A stretch of 64,000 nt of DNA. Source: Malacoraja senta (lineage: Eukaryota). Shown here in pieces: positions 38,371 to 54,413 of this stretch (positions are counted from its first letter, which is position 1; each line of letters opens with the position of its first letter). The stretch is taken from the NCBI GenBank assembly GCA_038087875.1, contig CM075999.1, positions 3,598,001 to 3,662,000 on the forward strand. Direction: 5' to 3'. The translations under genes were made by a program, and so were the position numbers. Under the pieces are notes generated by a model. That model was given only the letters and a program-made list of their open reading frames with translations. It did not search any database and had not been told where the DNA came from.

Positions 38371-38579
38371 CTACAAGTTCTCCCCGGGTTGGTACTGGGG
38401 TTCTGTCGCCGTGAAGTAGTCCTCCAGGAAGGACTGCAGGTACTCGAAGGTGTGCCGCTCCTCTGGGTCTTTCTTCCAGCACTGGATCATGAGTTCGTGA
38501 AGAGATGCAGGACAAGCGTTTGGACAAGGCATCCGATACCCTCGCTCCACCTGCTCCAGAACCTCACGGTTGTTCATTC
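38371..38579 (-). CDS. yrk: Terminal coding exon with the C-terminal regulatory Tyr ([20 protein letters not shown]...[15 protein letters not shown])
   Basis: 209 nt including TAG; ccaccag acceptor; Csk-site tail PQYQPGENL. Confidence 0.96.
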
Positions 38580-40575
38580 CTGGTGGCGAGAAATAATGTG
38601 ACACAATATGTCAACAAAACCCCCTGTGGCTTGTGGTAGGGTAAAGAGTAGTGAGGGCTAATAATGAGTACATAGGGATGAGTACATGTGGATTGTGCTA
38701 ATGTGGTGACAGGGAACCACAGACAAAACCTAAATGTTGAGACATGGAATGAATGAATGAATAGACAATAGACAATAGGTGCAGGAGTAGGCCATTCGGC
38801 CCTTCAAGCCAGCACCGCCATTCACTGTGATCATGCCTGATCATCCACAATCAGTACCCCACGTTCCTGCCTTCTCCCCATATCCCTTGACTCCGGGGAT
38901 ATGAAGAAAATGCAGGAACGGGCTACCGAATGAATGACACCCAAGTTTCAGGAACTTTATTGATGACATTATCCCGTTATAACAGAAAATTGGATCTACT
39001 GTCGCCTAAGTTAGACTTGTGGATAATCATCCATTCTGTTTGTCACCTAACTGTTTCTGAGTTCCATTCTGTGCAAGACCTCATTTTACTGTTAGTCAAG
39101 TTTCTTTAATGAAGGCCTCGTTTTACAGTCAAGTTTCTGAGTAATCTTGTCATCTGAGAATATAAAACCCAAACCAACATTACACCTGAGAGATCAGCGG
39201 TGATGGGTCTCCTGGTGTGCACCAGTTTGAATAAATCATCAGACCATAGGAATAGGAGTAGAATTCGGCCATTCGGCCTATCAAATTTACTCTGCCATTC
39301 AATCATGGTTGATCTATCTCTCCCTCCTAACCCAATTCTCCTGCCTTCTCCCCATAATCAAGAATCTATCTATCTCTGCCTTAAAAAATATCCATTTACT
39401 TGGCCTCCATAGCCTTCTGTGGCAATGAATTCCACAGATTCACCACCCTCTGACTAAAGACATTTCTCCTCATCTACTTCCTAAATGAACATCCTTTACT
39501 TCTGAGGCTGTGCCCTCTGGTCCTAGACTCTCCCACTAGTGGAAACATCCTCTCCACATCCACTCTATCCGAGCCTTTCACTATTCTGTACGAGGTCCCC
39601 CCTAAACCTTCTAAACGAGTTCCCTGACTATCCTCCTGATTAAATATTACTGATCATGTGCCTGGTTGTCATCTTCCCCTCGCTAACAATGATCTATTCT
39701 CCACTTTCCTTGAACTTCATACCATTTGATCTCTTGTTTTCACGCCTTACCCTTCCATCTCTCTCAATTCCCTCTCCCCTGACTGTCAGTCTGAAGAAGG
39801 ATTTTGTCCCGAAACGTCACCCATTCCTTCTATCCAGAGATGCTGCCTGATGCGCTGAGTTACTCCAGCGTTTTGTGTCTATCTTTACTGCCGTGGTTGC
39901 TGGGTTAACTGGCTGCTGGAAATTGGACACAGAGTGCTGGAGTAATTCAACGGGTCAGGCAGCATCTGTGGAGAACATGGATCGGTGACGTTTCACAGAG
40001 TGCTGGAGTAACTCAGCGGGTCAGGCAGCATCTGTGGAGAACATGGATAGGTGACGTTTCATTTCAGGACCCTACTGTGAATTGGCCTTGTGTCCAGGTG
40101 ATTGGTTGAATTTGTGAGAGGAGAACAGGAGGGAGGTTTGAGTAGAATAACCGAGACACCAGGAACTGCAGACGCTGGAATCATGAGCAAAACACAAAGT
40201 GCTGGAGGAACTCCGTGGGTCAGGCAGCATCTGGGGAGGGAATGGACAGATGACATTTCGAGTCAGGAGCCTCCTTTGGACTAATTCCCTCCACAGATGC
40301 TGCCTGACCCCTTGAGTTCTACCAGTGGTCTGTGTTTGGCTCAGGATTGAGGGCAGATCGCTGGCAATGAGAGGCAGCAGCACTACCTGCTACATCATCA
40401 CGACACCATAGTTAAATAGCCACGCTGCAGCTAGAGCAGCGGAGTGTGGACTGTGTGTGATAACATCATATGTGCAGGTATATTATCATGTGTTATAACA
40501 GAGTGCGTGCATGTGATAACATGTGTTATAACATCATATGTGTGATAACACCATGTGTTCCAGGTGCTGGGGCAT

Positions 40576-41408
<833 letters not shown>

Positions 41409-42317
41409 CTCCAGACACACAAGAGACTACATGCTGATAGGTGAAGATTGGACGAGGTATTGGGCTCTTCAATTCTGTCACACTGCGGAAGCTTTATAAA
41501 AGTTTACGTGAATGATTGAGGGTCTCAAGATCTGGGATGTGCCCTTTACGGGTGTCAGGGTTTACAGGGAGAAGGCAGGAGAATGGGGTCAGGAGGGCCA
41601 GATAGATCAGCCATGATAGAATGGCGGAGTAGACTTGATGAGCCGAATGGCCTAATTCTGCTCTTATTACTTATGAACATGAATTTATGAAGTCTGACGT
41701 CAACTTCAGGAGAGCAAGGAGGAGTTGTTATCACTACAGTGGCATGAAATAGTTTGCCTGCTATGTACTGAGTAATCGCCTCACCAAAGGTTATCCTGTT
41801 TGAGGAACAGACTGGAAAGAGGCAATTAAGGGATTAATTCACCAGCCCACTCGACACGAGGTGAGTGAGGTAGAATAGAATCTGTCACACTCAATGGCTG
41901 ATTCTGAACATCAGAACATTACTTCTGCTATTAACCAAGTTTAAAAAAACTTTGTTTCTTCACTGCACTTTTGTGCAGTAAAAAATACTCTTCAGCGGTT
42001 CTGACCTCTGATCAACAACCTCCTTAGCTTGAAGACAGACACAAAACTCTGGAGTAACTCAGTGGATCAGACAGCATCTCTGGAGAAAAGGAATAGGTGA
42101 CGTTTCAGGTCGAGACCCATCTTCAGACTCCTTTGCTTGAAGTGAATTTTAGTTTACTTTAAGAAGGAAGTGCAGATGCTGGAAAAATCGAAGGTAGACA
42201 AAAATGCTGGAGAAACCCAGCGGGTGAGGCAGCATCTCTGGAATATTCCTTCGCTCCATGGATGCTGCCTCACCCGCTGGGTTTCTCCAGCATTTTTGTC
42301 TACCTTTTAGTTTAATT

Positions 42318-42607
42318 TAGTTTAGTTTAGAGATACAGCGCAGAAACAGGCCCCTTCGGCAGCACCGACCAGTGATCCAGTGATCCCCACACACTAACAC
42401 TATCCTACACACACTAGGGACAATTTATAATTTAAACCAAAGTCAATTAACCTACAAACTTGTACGTTTTTGGAGCATGGGAGGAAACCGCAGCACACTG
42501 TCACAGGGAGAACATACAAACTCCATACAGACAGCACCCGTGGTCAGGATCGAACCCAGGTCTCTGGCGCTGTGAGGCAGCAACTCTACCGCTGCGCCAC
42601 CGTGCCG
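42318..42607 (-). mobile_element. HE1-like V-SINE
   Basis: Reverse-complement match to 4735-5048. Confidence 0.82.
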
Positions 42608-43522
42608 ACCCAAGCTGCTGAGATATTCCAGCATGTTCTGTTATTATTTCTGACTTTCTTTGCATCGGAGTATGACTCGGAGTCATACAGCATGGAAACA
42701 GGCCCTTCAGCCCATCCTGCCCATGGTGACTAAAATGCCCCATCTAAGCTTATCACATCAGCCTGCATTTGCCCATATTCCTCCAAACATTTCCAACCAT
42801 GTTCCTGTCCAAATGGCTCCTAAGTGTTTTCACCATTCCTGCCTCAATGCACTTTGTAAATTTCCCTTTGCTCTATTTATGGTACGAGTTTGATGATTAT
42901 ATTTATGTACATCATTATCTGATCTTATTGGATAGCATGCAAGACAAAGCCTTTCACTGTATCTCGGTACGCATAACGATAATAAACCTGAACCTATCCC
43001 TCTGACAGCTCATTCCATTCACCCATCACATCCTGCGTAAAAATGGTGCCCATCAAATTAGGTCATAAGGGATAGGAGTAGAATTAGGCCATTCGGCCCA
43101 TCAAGTCTACTCCACCATTCAATCGTGGCTGATCTATCTCTCCCTCCCAACCCCATTCTCCTGCCTTCTCCCCATAACCCCTGACACCTGTACTAATCAA
43201 GAATCTATCTATCTCTGCCTTAAAAATATCCACTGACTTGGCCTCCACAGCCATCTGTGGCAAAGAATTCCACAGATTCACCACCCTCTGACTAAAGATT
43301 CCTATTAAATCTTTCCCCTCTCACCTTAAACCTACGTCCTGTGGTTCTTGATTCCCCTACCTGGGTAGAAGCCTACCTATTCCCTTCATGATTTTATACA
43401 CCTCTGTTAGATCGCCCCTCATCCTCCTACGCTCCAAGGAATAGAGTCTTAGCCTGCCCAACCTCTCCCTCCCTGCAACTACGGACCCTGGGTGCTGGCA
43501 ACATCCTCGTAGCTCTGCATCA

Positions 43523-43804
<282 letters not shown>

Positions 43805-43894
43805 CTACAGGCAAGGAAGGAAGAACCATTACAGGGACTGTCAGCTGCTCATTCACACCTGGGAATTGATGAGTGGGGATCTTATAGAAGCATA

Positions 43895-44270
43895 GAATAT
43901 CCTTAAGGTGATTGGACATGCTAGAACATGCAGGAAAAATGTTCCCCGTGTTGGGGGAGTCCAGAACCAGGGGTCACAGTTGAAGAATAAGGGGACGGTC
44001 ATTTGGGACTGAGATGAAGAAAAACATTTTCACCCAGAGAGTTGTGAATCTGTGGAATTCTCTGCCACAGAAGGCGGTGGAGGCCAATTCACTGGATGTT
44101 TTCAAGAGAGAGTTAGATTTAGCTGTTAGGGCTAAAGGAATCAAGGGATATGGGGAGAAAGCAGGAATGGGGTACTGATTGTGGATGATCAGCCATGATC
44201 ATGTTGAATGGCGGTGTTGGTTCGAAGGGCCGAATGGCCTACTGCTGTACCTATTGTCTATGTTTCTATG
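43895..44270 (+). mobile_element. CR1 LINE 3' fragment (intronic)
   Basis: Same tail sequence as the other CR1 copies. Confidence 0.8.
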
Positions 44271-46524
44271 ATCGCTTCACACTTGCATTACATTGAACAC
44301 TGTAACTTTGTCGCTGCCCTTTACGTAGCGACTCTTTGCATACCTTGTACACGCTACGCAAGGCAAAGAACCTCACTGTGACATCTCACATGAGATAATA
44401 AAGTATCATTCATTGATTCACTGTTTTCTCTGGAATGCCGGAGGTTACGAGGAGACCCGGTAGATGTGTATAACATCGGGAGGCGTAGATAAGGTAGACA
44501 GTCAGAACCTTGTTTCCCAGGATGGAAGAAACAAATAATACAGGGCAAAGCTTTAAGATGAAATGGGCAAAGTTTAAAGGAGATGTACGGGACGTGTTTT
44601 TTTACACAGAGGGTGGTGGGCGCCTGGATCGCGCTGCAGGGGGTGGTGGTGGAGGCAGACACGACAGTGGCAATTAAAAGATGTTTGTATAGGTGCATGG
44701 ATATGCAGGGAATGGATGGAATGGATGGCGTACAGGGAGATAAGAGTTGGTCTCGTCATTATGTCCAGCACAAACATTGTGGGCCGAAGGGCCTGTTCTG
44801 CTGCTGTGCTGTTCCATGTTCAACACTGATCCATGTACCACAAGGATCAAATACAAGAGGGATACAGCTTCAAGGTAAGATGGCCAATGTTGAACAGTGT
44901 TGTACAGAGCAAGTCTCTTACAGTGAACACCACTATCGTATCTGCCTCCACCACCACCACCACCCGGGCAGCGCGCTCCAGGCACCCATCACCCTTTGTA
45001 TAAAAGACCCCATCTGCACTAGTCCACCTGCCTGCGTTTGGCCCATATCCCCCTAAACTGTCCCATCCATGTACCTGTCTAAATGTTTCTTAAACGTTGC
45101 GATAATCTCTACCTCAATAACCTACTCAAAAGGGGGTCTTGGTGTAAAAAAAAACTTATCCCGCACATCTCCATTAGATTTTCCCCCTCTCACTTAGAGC
45201 TTTATCCCCACATTTCCACCCTGGGGGGAGAAAGGTTGTAACTGTCTACCCTGTCCATGCCTGCAACATTGCATTCTGCCCAGGATTTAGTAGCTGTGAT
45301 GAGCGTTTGTCGGCACTGGGCCTGTACTTGCTGTGGTTTAGAATAATGAGGGGGGACCTCATTGAAAGGCCTGGATAGAGTGGATGTGGAGAGTATGTCT
45401 CCATTAGTGGAAGAGTCTATGACTAGAGGTCACAGCCTCAGAATTAAAGGACGTTCTTTTCGGAAAGAAATGAGGAGAAATGTCTTTAGTCAGAGGGTGG
45501 TGAATCTGTGGAATTCTTTGCCAAGTCAGTGGGTATTTTAAGGCGCAGATTGATAGATTCTTGATTAGTACGGGTGTCAGGGGTTATGGGGAGAAGGCAG
45601 GAGAATGGGGTTAGGAGGGAGAGATAGATCAGCTATGATTGAATGACGGAGTAGACTTGATTGGCCAAATGGCCTAATTCTGCTCCTATAACTTATTAAC
45701 TTCTGAGAACATGTGTAAGCGACATTTCGGGTCGAATTCCATCAGTCTGAAGAAGGACAGACACAAAATGCTGGAGTAACTCGGCGGGACAGGTGGCATC
45801 TCTGGAGAGAAGGAATGGGTAACTTTTCGGTTCGAGACCCTTCTTCACAACGTCACCCGTTCCTTCTCTCCAGAGATGCTGCCTGTCCCGCTGAGTTACT
45901 CCAGCATTTTGTGTCTGTCTTCGATTTAAACCAGCACCTTCAGTTCCTTCCTACACATTTAGTCTGAAAAAGAATCCTGACCAGAAACGTCACTTCCCCA
46001 TGTTGTCCACAGATGCTGCCTGACCCACGGAGTTACTCCAGCACTCTGTGTCCATGATTGGATGGTGGAGTAGACTTGATGGGCTGAATGGCCTAATCCT
46101 ACTCCTATCACTTATGTCCTTATGAACTGGAATGGGGGAGGGATTGAGAGAGAGGGCAAGTTAGGTCATCTAGGGAATGATCCGTGTAGGAGCCCAATGG
46201 ACTGGCCACGTGCAGATGATGTTCGAAGTAACGGGTGATTTATTCAAACTGGTGCCCACCAGGAGACCCGTCAAAGTTGATCTCTCAGGTGTAACCTCGG
46301 TACGGTTTTGCGAAGTAGACTTGATGGGCTGAATGGCCTCATTCTACTCCTATCGCTTGTGAGCTTAATGTGTAATGCCACCCTTGGTAAAAGGGCAGTA
46401 GTGGGCAGTGGGTGGTGGGCAGTGGGCATTGGCCATGGGCAGTGGTCAGTGGGTGGTAGGGGGTGAGCAATGGGCAGTGGACAGTGGAGAATGGTCAGAG
46501 GGCAGTAGGCGGTGGGTCCTATAC

Positions 46525-46601
46525 CTGTGCGGACATGTCTACCAACTGCGGCAGCTTCAGTATCCGCCCGTCTCCATCTTTGAGAAAATCAAGCAAACTT
46601 C
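46525..46601 (-). CDS. yrk: Kinase exon ([26 protein letters not shown])
   Basis: 77 nt; ttttcag acceptor, gtatag donor; translated by hand, too short for the ORF track. Confidence 0.93.
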
Positions 46602-49477
46602 CTGAAAAGGAAATAAGATGAGTTATTACACGCAGGAAGGAACTGCAGATGCTGGTTTACACTGAAGATAGACACAACATGCTGGAGTAACTCAGTGGGT
46701 CAGGCAGCATCTCTGGAGGGCAGGAATGGGTGACGTTTCACTCAGTCTGAAGTAGGGTCTCGATCCGAAACATCACCCATTCCTTCTCTCCAGAAATGCT
46801 GCCTGTCCCGCTAAGATGACTTATCAATCAGTCTACAGCACTCCAAGGAATAAAGTCTTTGCCCAACCTCTCCCTTAAGCTCAGACCCTCGAGTCCTGGC
46901 AACTTCTGTCTTAAATCTTCTCTGCATTTGATTTCCCATTGAAATTTTCTTCGACCCAGGTTCGATCCTGACTACGGGTGCTGTCTGTACGGAGTTTGCA
47001 CGTTCTCCCCGTGACCCGCGTGGGTTTTCTCCGAGATCTTCGGTTTCCTCCCACACTCCAAAGCCGTGCAGGTTTGTAGGTTAATTGGCTTGGTATAAAT
47101 GTAAAATTGTCCCTAGTGTGTGTAGGATCTTGTGAGTGTGCGGGGATCGCTGGTCGGCACGGACTCGGTGGGCCGAAGGGCCTGTTTCTGTGTTGCATCT
47201 CTAAACTAAAAAACTAAACTGAGGGTGGTGGGTGTATGGAACGAGCTGCCAGAGGAGGTAGTCGAGGCTGGGACCATTCCAACATTTAAAAGAAATTTGG
47301 ACACATACATGGATAGGAATGATTTAAAGGAATGTGGGCCAAATGTGGACAAGCTTGGATGGGGCATGTGGGTAGGCATGGATGAGTTGGGCCGAAGGGC
47401 CTGTTTCCGTGCTGTATTACTCTGTGATATTGAGTGTGAATCTCTTTTTCTCTTTACGAGTCTCATGGAGTATTTGCTTTTGGGGAGGATGAGCTGAGCT
47501 TGCAGCGTGTAGTGTTTGCGAATGCTGGGCTCACATGGAGATGAATGTCACTTGCTGTCATAAACTTGCAGCAGATGGGATTCACAAGTGGGACTTCATT
47601 ACCTTTCTGTTTGTTCCTCTGCTGTTGATGCCTTTATTGCCCTGATTGCCATCTGAGCGGGTTTAATACATTGCTCACTTGCAACCTTCCACAACCCCTT
47701 GCTCTGCGCTGTAAACTGGTGCATAGCAACCGGCAGCCACTGCTCATAGGACAGAGAATGGGACAGCACACAAACAGGCCCTTTGGCCCACAGTGTCTGT
47801 GCCAAACATGTTGCCAAGTTAATCGCCTCTGCCTGCACGTGATCCATATCCCACCATTCCCTGCATATCCATATGCCTGAATAAAAACCTATTAAACACC
47901 ACTATCGTATCTGCCTCCACCACCACCCTCTGTGTATAAAACCTGCCCCGCACATCACCTTTAAACGTTGCCCCTCTCACCTTCTGGTCTTTGACATTTC
48001 CACCCTGGCGTAAAACATTGTGACTGTCTACCCTGTCTATAATTCTGTTCACTTCTATCAGGTCTCCCCTCAACCCCCCAACGCCCCAGTGTAAGCAGTC
48101 CAAGTCAGTCCAACCTCCGCTTATCGCCAATACCCCCGAATCCTAATCCAGGAACTTCTGCAACCTTTCCAAAGCCCCCACATCCTTCCTGTAAAGGGAT
48201 GAGTAGAACTACACCCAATACTCCAGAAGCAGCCCAATCAAAGCAGTATGAAACTGCATCATGACCTCCCAACTCTGATACTCAAGGACCCCGGTCAGTC
48301 GCACCCCAATCGGTCACTTCCTCTTCTCCCCTCTCCCATTGGGCAAGAGGTACAGAAGTGTGAAAACGCACACCTCCAGAATCAGGGACAGTTTCTTCCC
48401 AGCTGTTATCAGGCAACTGAACCATCCTCTCACCAACTAGAGAGCGGTCCTGATCTCCAATCTATCTCATTGGAGACCCTCCAATCGGACTTTACTGGCC
48501 TTTCTCTTTGACTAAACGTTATGCCCCTAATCCTGTATCTGTACACAGTGGACAGCTCGCATGTAATCACGTACATGACCTCCCAACTCTTATACTCAAT
48601 GTACTAACCAATGAAGGCAAGCATACCCGGGCAGATACATATAGAGTCACAGAGTCGTACAGTGTGGAAACAGGCCCTTCGTCCCAACTTCCCCATACCG
48701 GCCAACATTAGTTCGACCTGCCTGTGTTTGGTCCATATCCCTCCAAACCTGTCCTATCCATGTACCCGTCTACATGTTCCTTCAACCTTGCGATAGTCCC
48801 TGCCGCAAGTACCTCCTCCGGCAGCTCGTTCCATACACCCACCACCCTTTGTGCGGAAAAGTTACCGCTCAGATTACTATTAAATCTTTTCCCCTTCACC
48901 TCACCTTACGCAGAGGAAATTATAATCAGGAACAAATAAATAAATGGCAGAACAATTAAATGAAAATCATGGTTCCCTCTTCACAAAGAACTTGTTAAAT
49001 ATTAAAGGTTTGTTTATTGTTACAAGGTTAGGGTTAGGTTTGGGGTTATTTGATTGGACTAAGGCTCTAAGGATACGATGACGCTGAAGGAAGATAGTAT
49101 TAGCAAAGAGTGCAATTAAACGGGCTAGACGCGGATAATTGCAGGTTGTGGAATTAGTGGATCCATGGGTGGTCCTTCTAAAGAGGAGAGTAGCGGTCTT
49201 GTTTGGAGGTCCTGTTTGAAGAGTGCAAGGTGGTCAATGTAAACTCATTATTTAAAAACTGTGAAGGAAAAAGCTGTCGTGTAACAGGTCAGCTGGCTCG
49301 TCACTCCATGCCCAGTCACAAACGAACAGGAGTTTTCCTGACCGGCCCCATCACTCGAAGAAACCAATTCATGCTGAACGGAAGAGCAAAGATAACCCGT
49401 CGTCCAGCCAATGGCAGGGACCAGGGGTCATGAAGGACATACAAAGTACCTCTGAAGAAGGGTCTTAACCTTACAGT

Positions 49478-50056
49478 TGAGTATAGGAGCAAAGAGGTCC
49501 TTCTGCAGTTGTACAGTGAGACCACACCTGGAGTATTGTGTGCAGTTTTGGTCCCCTAATTTAAGAAAGGACATTCTTGCTATTGAGGGAGTGCAGCGTA
49601 GGTTCACAATGTTAATTCCCGGGATGGCGGGACTGTCATATGCTGAGAGAATGGAGCGGCTGGGCTTGGATTTGGATTTAGAAGGATGAGAGGGAATCTT
49701 ATTGAAACTTATAAGGGTTTGGACACGCTAGACACAGGAAACATGTTCCCGATGTTGGGGGAGTCCAGAACCAGGGACCACAGTTTAAGAATAAGGGGTA
49801 AGCCATTTAGAACAGAGACGAGGGAACACTTTTTCACACAGAGAGTTGTGAGTCTGTGGAATTCTCTGCCTCGGAGGGCGGTGGAGGCTGGTTCTCTGGA
49901 TACTTTCAAGAGAGAGCTAGATAGGGCTCTTAAAGATAGCGGAGTCAGGGGATATGGGGAGAAGGCAGGAACTGATTGGGGATGATCAGCCATGATCACA
50001 TTGAATGGCGGTGCTGGCTCGAAGGGCCGAATGGCCTACTCCTGCACCTATTGTCT
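49478..50056 (+). mobile_element. CR1 LINE 3' fragment (intronic)
   Basis: [24 protein letters not shown]1 tail. Confidence 0.85.
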
Positions 50057-50110
50057 AAAGGTCACCTATTCTTTTTCTTCAGAAATGCTGCCTGACCCGC
50101 TGAGTTACTA

Positions 50111-50497
<387 letters not shown>

Positions 50498-51436
50498 CTA
50501 TAGGTCTCACTCTTAATGAATCAAGGGCCAGGAATTGAATCCGAGTCGGAAGAAGGGTCTCGACTCCAAACGTGACCTATCCATGTTCTCCACAGATGCT
50601 GCCTGACCCGCTGAGTTTTTACCCAGAGTCTATTCCTCTGCTCAATTAATGGAACATTAATGACATGAGTCGGTGACCAATCCCTCCTGACCTGCCTGAC
50701 GTGACCGTCTAGACGTTGATTCCTCACCGGGCCAGTGGGCATTCCTGGCTGGGACCTGGCAGAGGGTTGGAGATGTGAGGAGCATCTGGACAACTATCTC
50801 AGGGTAGACACAGAAGAGAGGTCACGGGGAGAACGTGCAAACTCCACACAGACAGCACCCGAAGTCAGGATGGAACCCGGGTCTCTGGCACTGTGAGGCA
50901 GCAACTCTACCGCTGCGCCACCGTGACGCCCCAAGTTTTAATCTTGGGGCGTCACTTTGGGCAAAGGGGGCGGGGGGGGGGGGGGAGGGGGCTGCAATAT
51001 CAATTTATAAACTGAGTCATCTCACATTCTCAACACGTATGTGGATCAATCAGAGAATCAAACAGAACCTTCTCTTTCTGATGCTCTAAATACTTTAAGC
51101 TCAGAGCATCGAATCTAAATACGCACTTCACTCTGAATGTTATTGTCTGCGAGTTATTAATTTCACGACCTCATTATGACATCTGTTCTTGCGATTTAGC
51201 AAGTTGAGAGTTTCATTGAATTGCTCTGTGTTTGTGTCGCTGTCTATTGCTGCAGTTTGACTCAGGAGTCCCTGTATAAATGGAGTGTGATTTAGTTATT
51301 AATCCAAGAGCTGACCATGGGGCCAGGTGAGGGAGATGTACAATTAAAGTAAATAGGAGAGGGCTAATACGGTTGTGAAATTACATGCAGTGAATGGTTA
51401 ACGGGTTAATATATACTGATGGTTTGACAACGATCG

Positions 51437-51900
51437 AATTGTGGACGCAGCCCAGACCATCACACAAACCAACCTCCCTTCAGTTGACTCCATCTACACT
51501 TCACGCTGCCTCGGCAAGGCCAGCAGCATCATCAAGGACCAGCCTCATCCTGGCCACTCTCCTCTTGACCACTCCCATCGGGCAAGAGGTACAGAAGTGT
51601 GAAAACAAACGCACACCTCCAGATTCAGGACAGTTTCTTCCCAGCTGTTATCAGGCAACTGAACCATCCTCTCACCACAACCAGAGAGCGGTCCTGAACT
51701 ACTATCTACCTCATTTGTGATGCTTCGGACTATCTTTGATTAGACTTTGCTGGCTTTACCTTGCACTAAAACTTATTTCTCTTATTACACTGTAAACGGC
51801 TCGATTGTAATCCTGTATTGTCTTTCCGCTGACTGGTTAGCACGCAACAAAAGCTTTTCACTGTACCTCGTACACGTGACAATTAAACTAAACTGGACTG
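51437..51900 (+). mobile_element. Rex1/Babar-like LINE 3' end
   Basis: Co-linear with 40940-41408. Confidence 0.72.
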
Positions 51901-52458
51901 AACCCACCGCTTATGATCTCAAAATTCAATGACCAAACCATCCTTGTAACTCCTACTTCGCCCATCACAAGTTTACAAGTTATAGGAGCAGAATTAGGCC
52001 ATTCAGCCCATCGTGTCCACTCCGATATTCAATCATGGCTGATCTCTGCCTCCTAATCCCATTTTCCTGCCTTCTCCCCTTAACACACCGTTCTAATCAA
52101 GAAAATTGTCTATCTATGCCTTAAAAATATCCACTGACTTGGCCTCCATAGCCCTCTGTGGCAATGAGTTCCACAGATTCACCACCCTCCGACTAAAGAA
52201 ATTCCTCCTCACCTCCTTTCTAAAAGAGCGCCCTTTAATTCTGAGGCTGCGACCTCTAGTCCTAACTCTCCCACCAGTAGAAACATCCTCTCCATACCCA
52301 CTCTATCCAGGCCTTTCATTAGTCTATAAGTTGCAATGAGGTCCTCCCCTCAACCTTCTAAACTCCAGTGAGTACAGGCCCACTGCTGTTAAGCCTTCTC
52401 CTTATTTGATCATCCTTATTTACAGATAATATCGTGAAAAAATGATTCATCACCTTAC

Positions 52459-52614
52459 CCATAAACACGTCTCCGAAACATCCCTGGCCAAGCTTTTTGT
52501 CCAGGCTCAGGGATTGTCGACTTATCTCCCATGCATCTCTCCCTAGTCCCAACGTCTGTGGGATCTCATTGGGACAAACCTTGGTTAGTACTTGGCACAA
52601 ACCATCAGTATGAT
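52459..52614 (-). CDS. yrk: Alternative exon 7B (FynT/Src type: [52 protein letters not shown])
   Basis: 156 nt, intact; ctgcag acceptor, gtaagg donor; GQGCFG glycine loop; same phases as 7A. Confidence 0.9.
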
Positions 52615-52983
52615 CTGCAGGGAATGGATGCAATGGAGGTAGAATGTAAACAGGTTCACATGCATTAGTGTCATTCGGACTTGCAGATGCTGCAGGCACT
52701 GACATCCTTAGCTTCACACATTATTCTCGCTTTTGTAACTCCAGAGAAATTACCAGCCAGGTTTGGAGGATTAAATAGATTTTGGGTCTCAATAAGGACT
52801 CAGCAGCCATAGAACACAGATGAACACAGCACAAAATCAGGCCCTTCGCCCACAAGGTCTGTGCCGAACATGATGCCAAGCCTCTGTGATTCCTCCTGCT
52901 CTCCCAATCTAATCTTTCATTCATTGTTCTTTATCTCTCTACATCACCGTCTATATCTCTCGTTTCCCTTATCCCTGACCAGT

Positions 52984-53011
52984 CTGAAGAAGGGTCTCGA
53001 CCCGAAACGTC
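52984..53011 (+). ncRNA. Minimal type I hammerhead ribozyme motif in a Penelope-derived repeat (representative intact copy)
   Basis: CTGAAGA-A-GGGTC-TC-GACCC-GAAA-CGTC: both catalytic boxes, stem II hairpin, palindromic ACGT stem III, GTC cleavage triplet. Confidence 0.7.
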
Positions 53012-54062
53012 GCCCATTCCTTCTCCCCAGAGATGCTGCCTGTCCCTCTGAGTTACTCCAGCTTGTGTCTATCTTCGTTTTAAACCAGCACCTGCAGTTC
53101 CTTCCTACACATGATGCCAAGACCATCTCTTATCTACCTGCGCCTAATCCATAATCCTCCATCTTCTATATATACACCTGCCTCTTCAAAAGCCTCTCTA
53201 ATGCCACTATCGTATCTGCCTCTAGGCACCGCCATCTTTGGTGCGCACATCTCCTTTAAACTTTGCCCCTGTCACGCCTAAAGTTATGCCCTCTATTTCC
53301 ATGCTGGTAAAAGGTTTCTGTCTACCCTATCTATGCCCCACATACTTCTTTATACTCCACCGGCAGCTCGTTCCATACGCCCACCATCCTTTGTGAAAAA
53401 AAGTTTTTTAAAACTTCCCCCCTGAACTTAAACCTATGTCCTCTAGTCCTCGATTCCCCTACTCTGGGCAAGAGGCTCTGTGCCTTTACTCGATCTATTC
53501 CTGTCATGATCTTATACACCTCTATAAGATCACCCCTCATCCTCCTGCCCTCCTAGCCTGTCCCGACCTCTCCCTGTAGCTCAGGCCCCTCAAGTCCCGG
53601 CAACATCCTCATAAATCTTCTCCGCGCCAAGGAGATTAGTTTAAATTGGCATCATGTTCGGTGCACGGACATTGTGGCCGAAGGGCCTGTTCCTGTGCTT
53701 AACTGTTCTATGTTCCATGTCTAAATATACAAGGCAGGCAGGAATTAAAAGGGTTTTTTTGGACGGGAGAGGGCAATGTGATCACTGCTCATATTTCCAA
53801 ACAAATTGTTTGCTTCGCCACAGATAATAGACTCAGTCCCATTCTCCCGCCTCGCTCTGGATGGAGATTTACCCATCTGAGGACAAATGAAATTTGGAGT
53901 CTTCGATTGTCCAAACCCCCAGTTGGAACCAGTTTCAGAGAATAATGTGTGTGTGGTGCACCAGGAGGCAGTGGATGAGATGAGGCGTGAGGATGTGAAT
54001 GGGCATTGATGCCCTGGGTCTGGCACTGGGCTCCGCAGTATCTGCAAGTCCATCTTCTCTCA

Positions 54063-54413
<351 letters not shown>

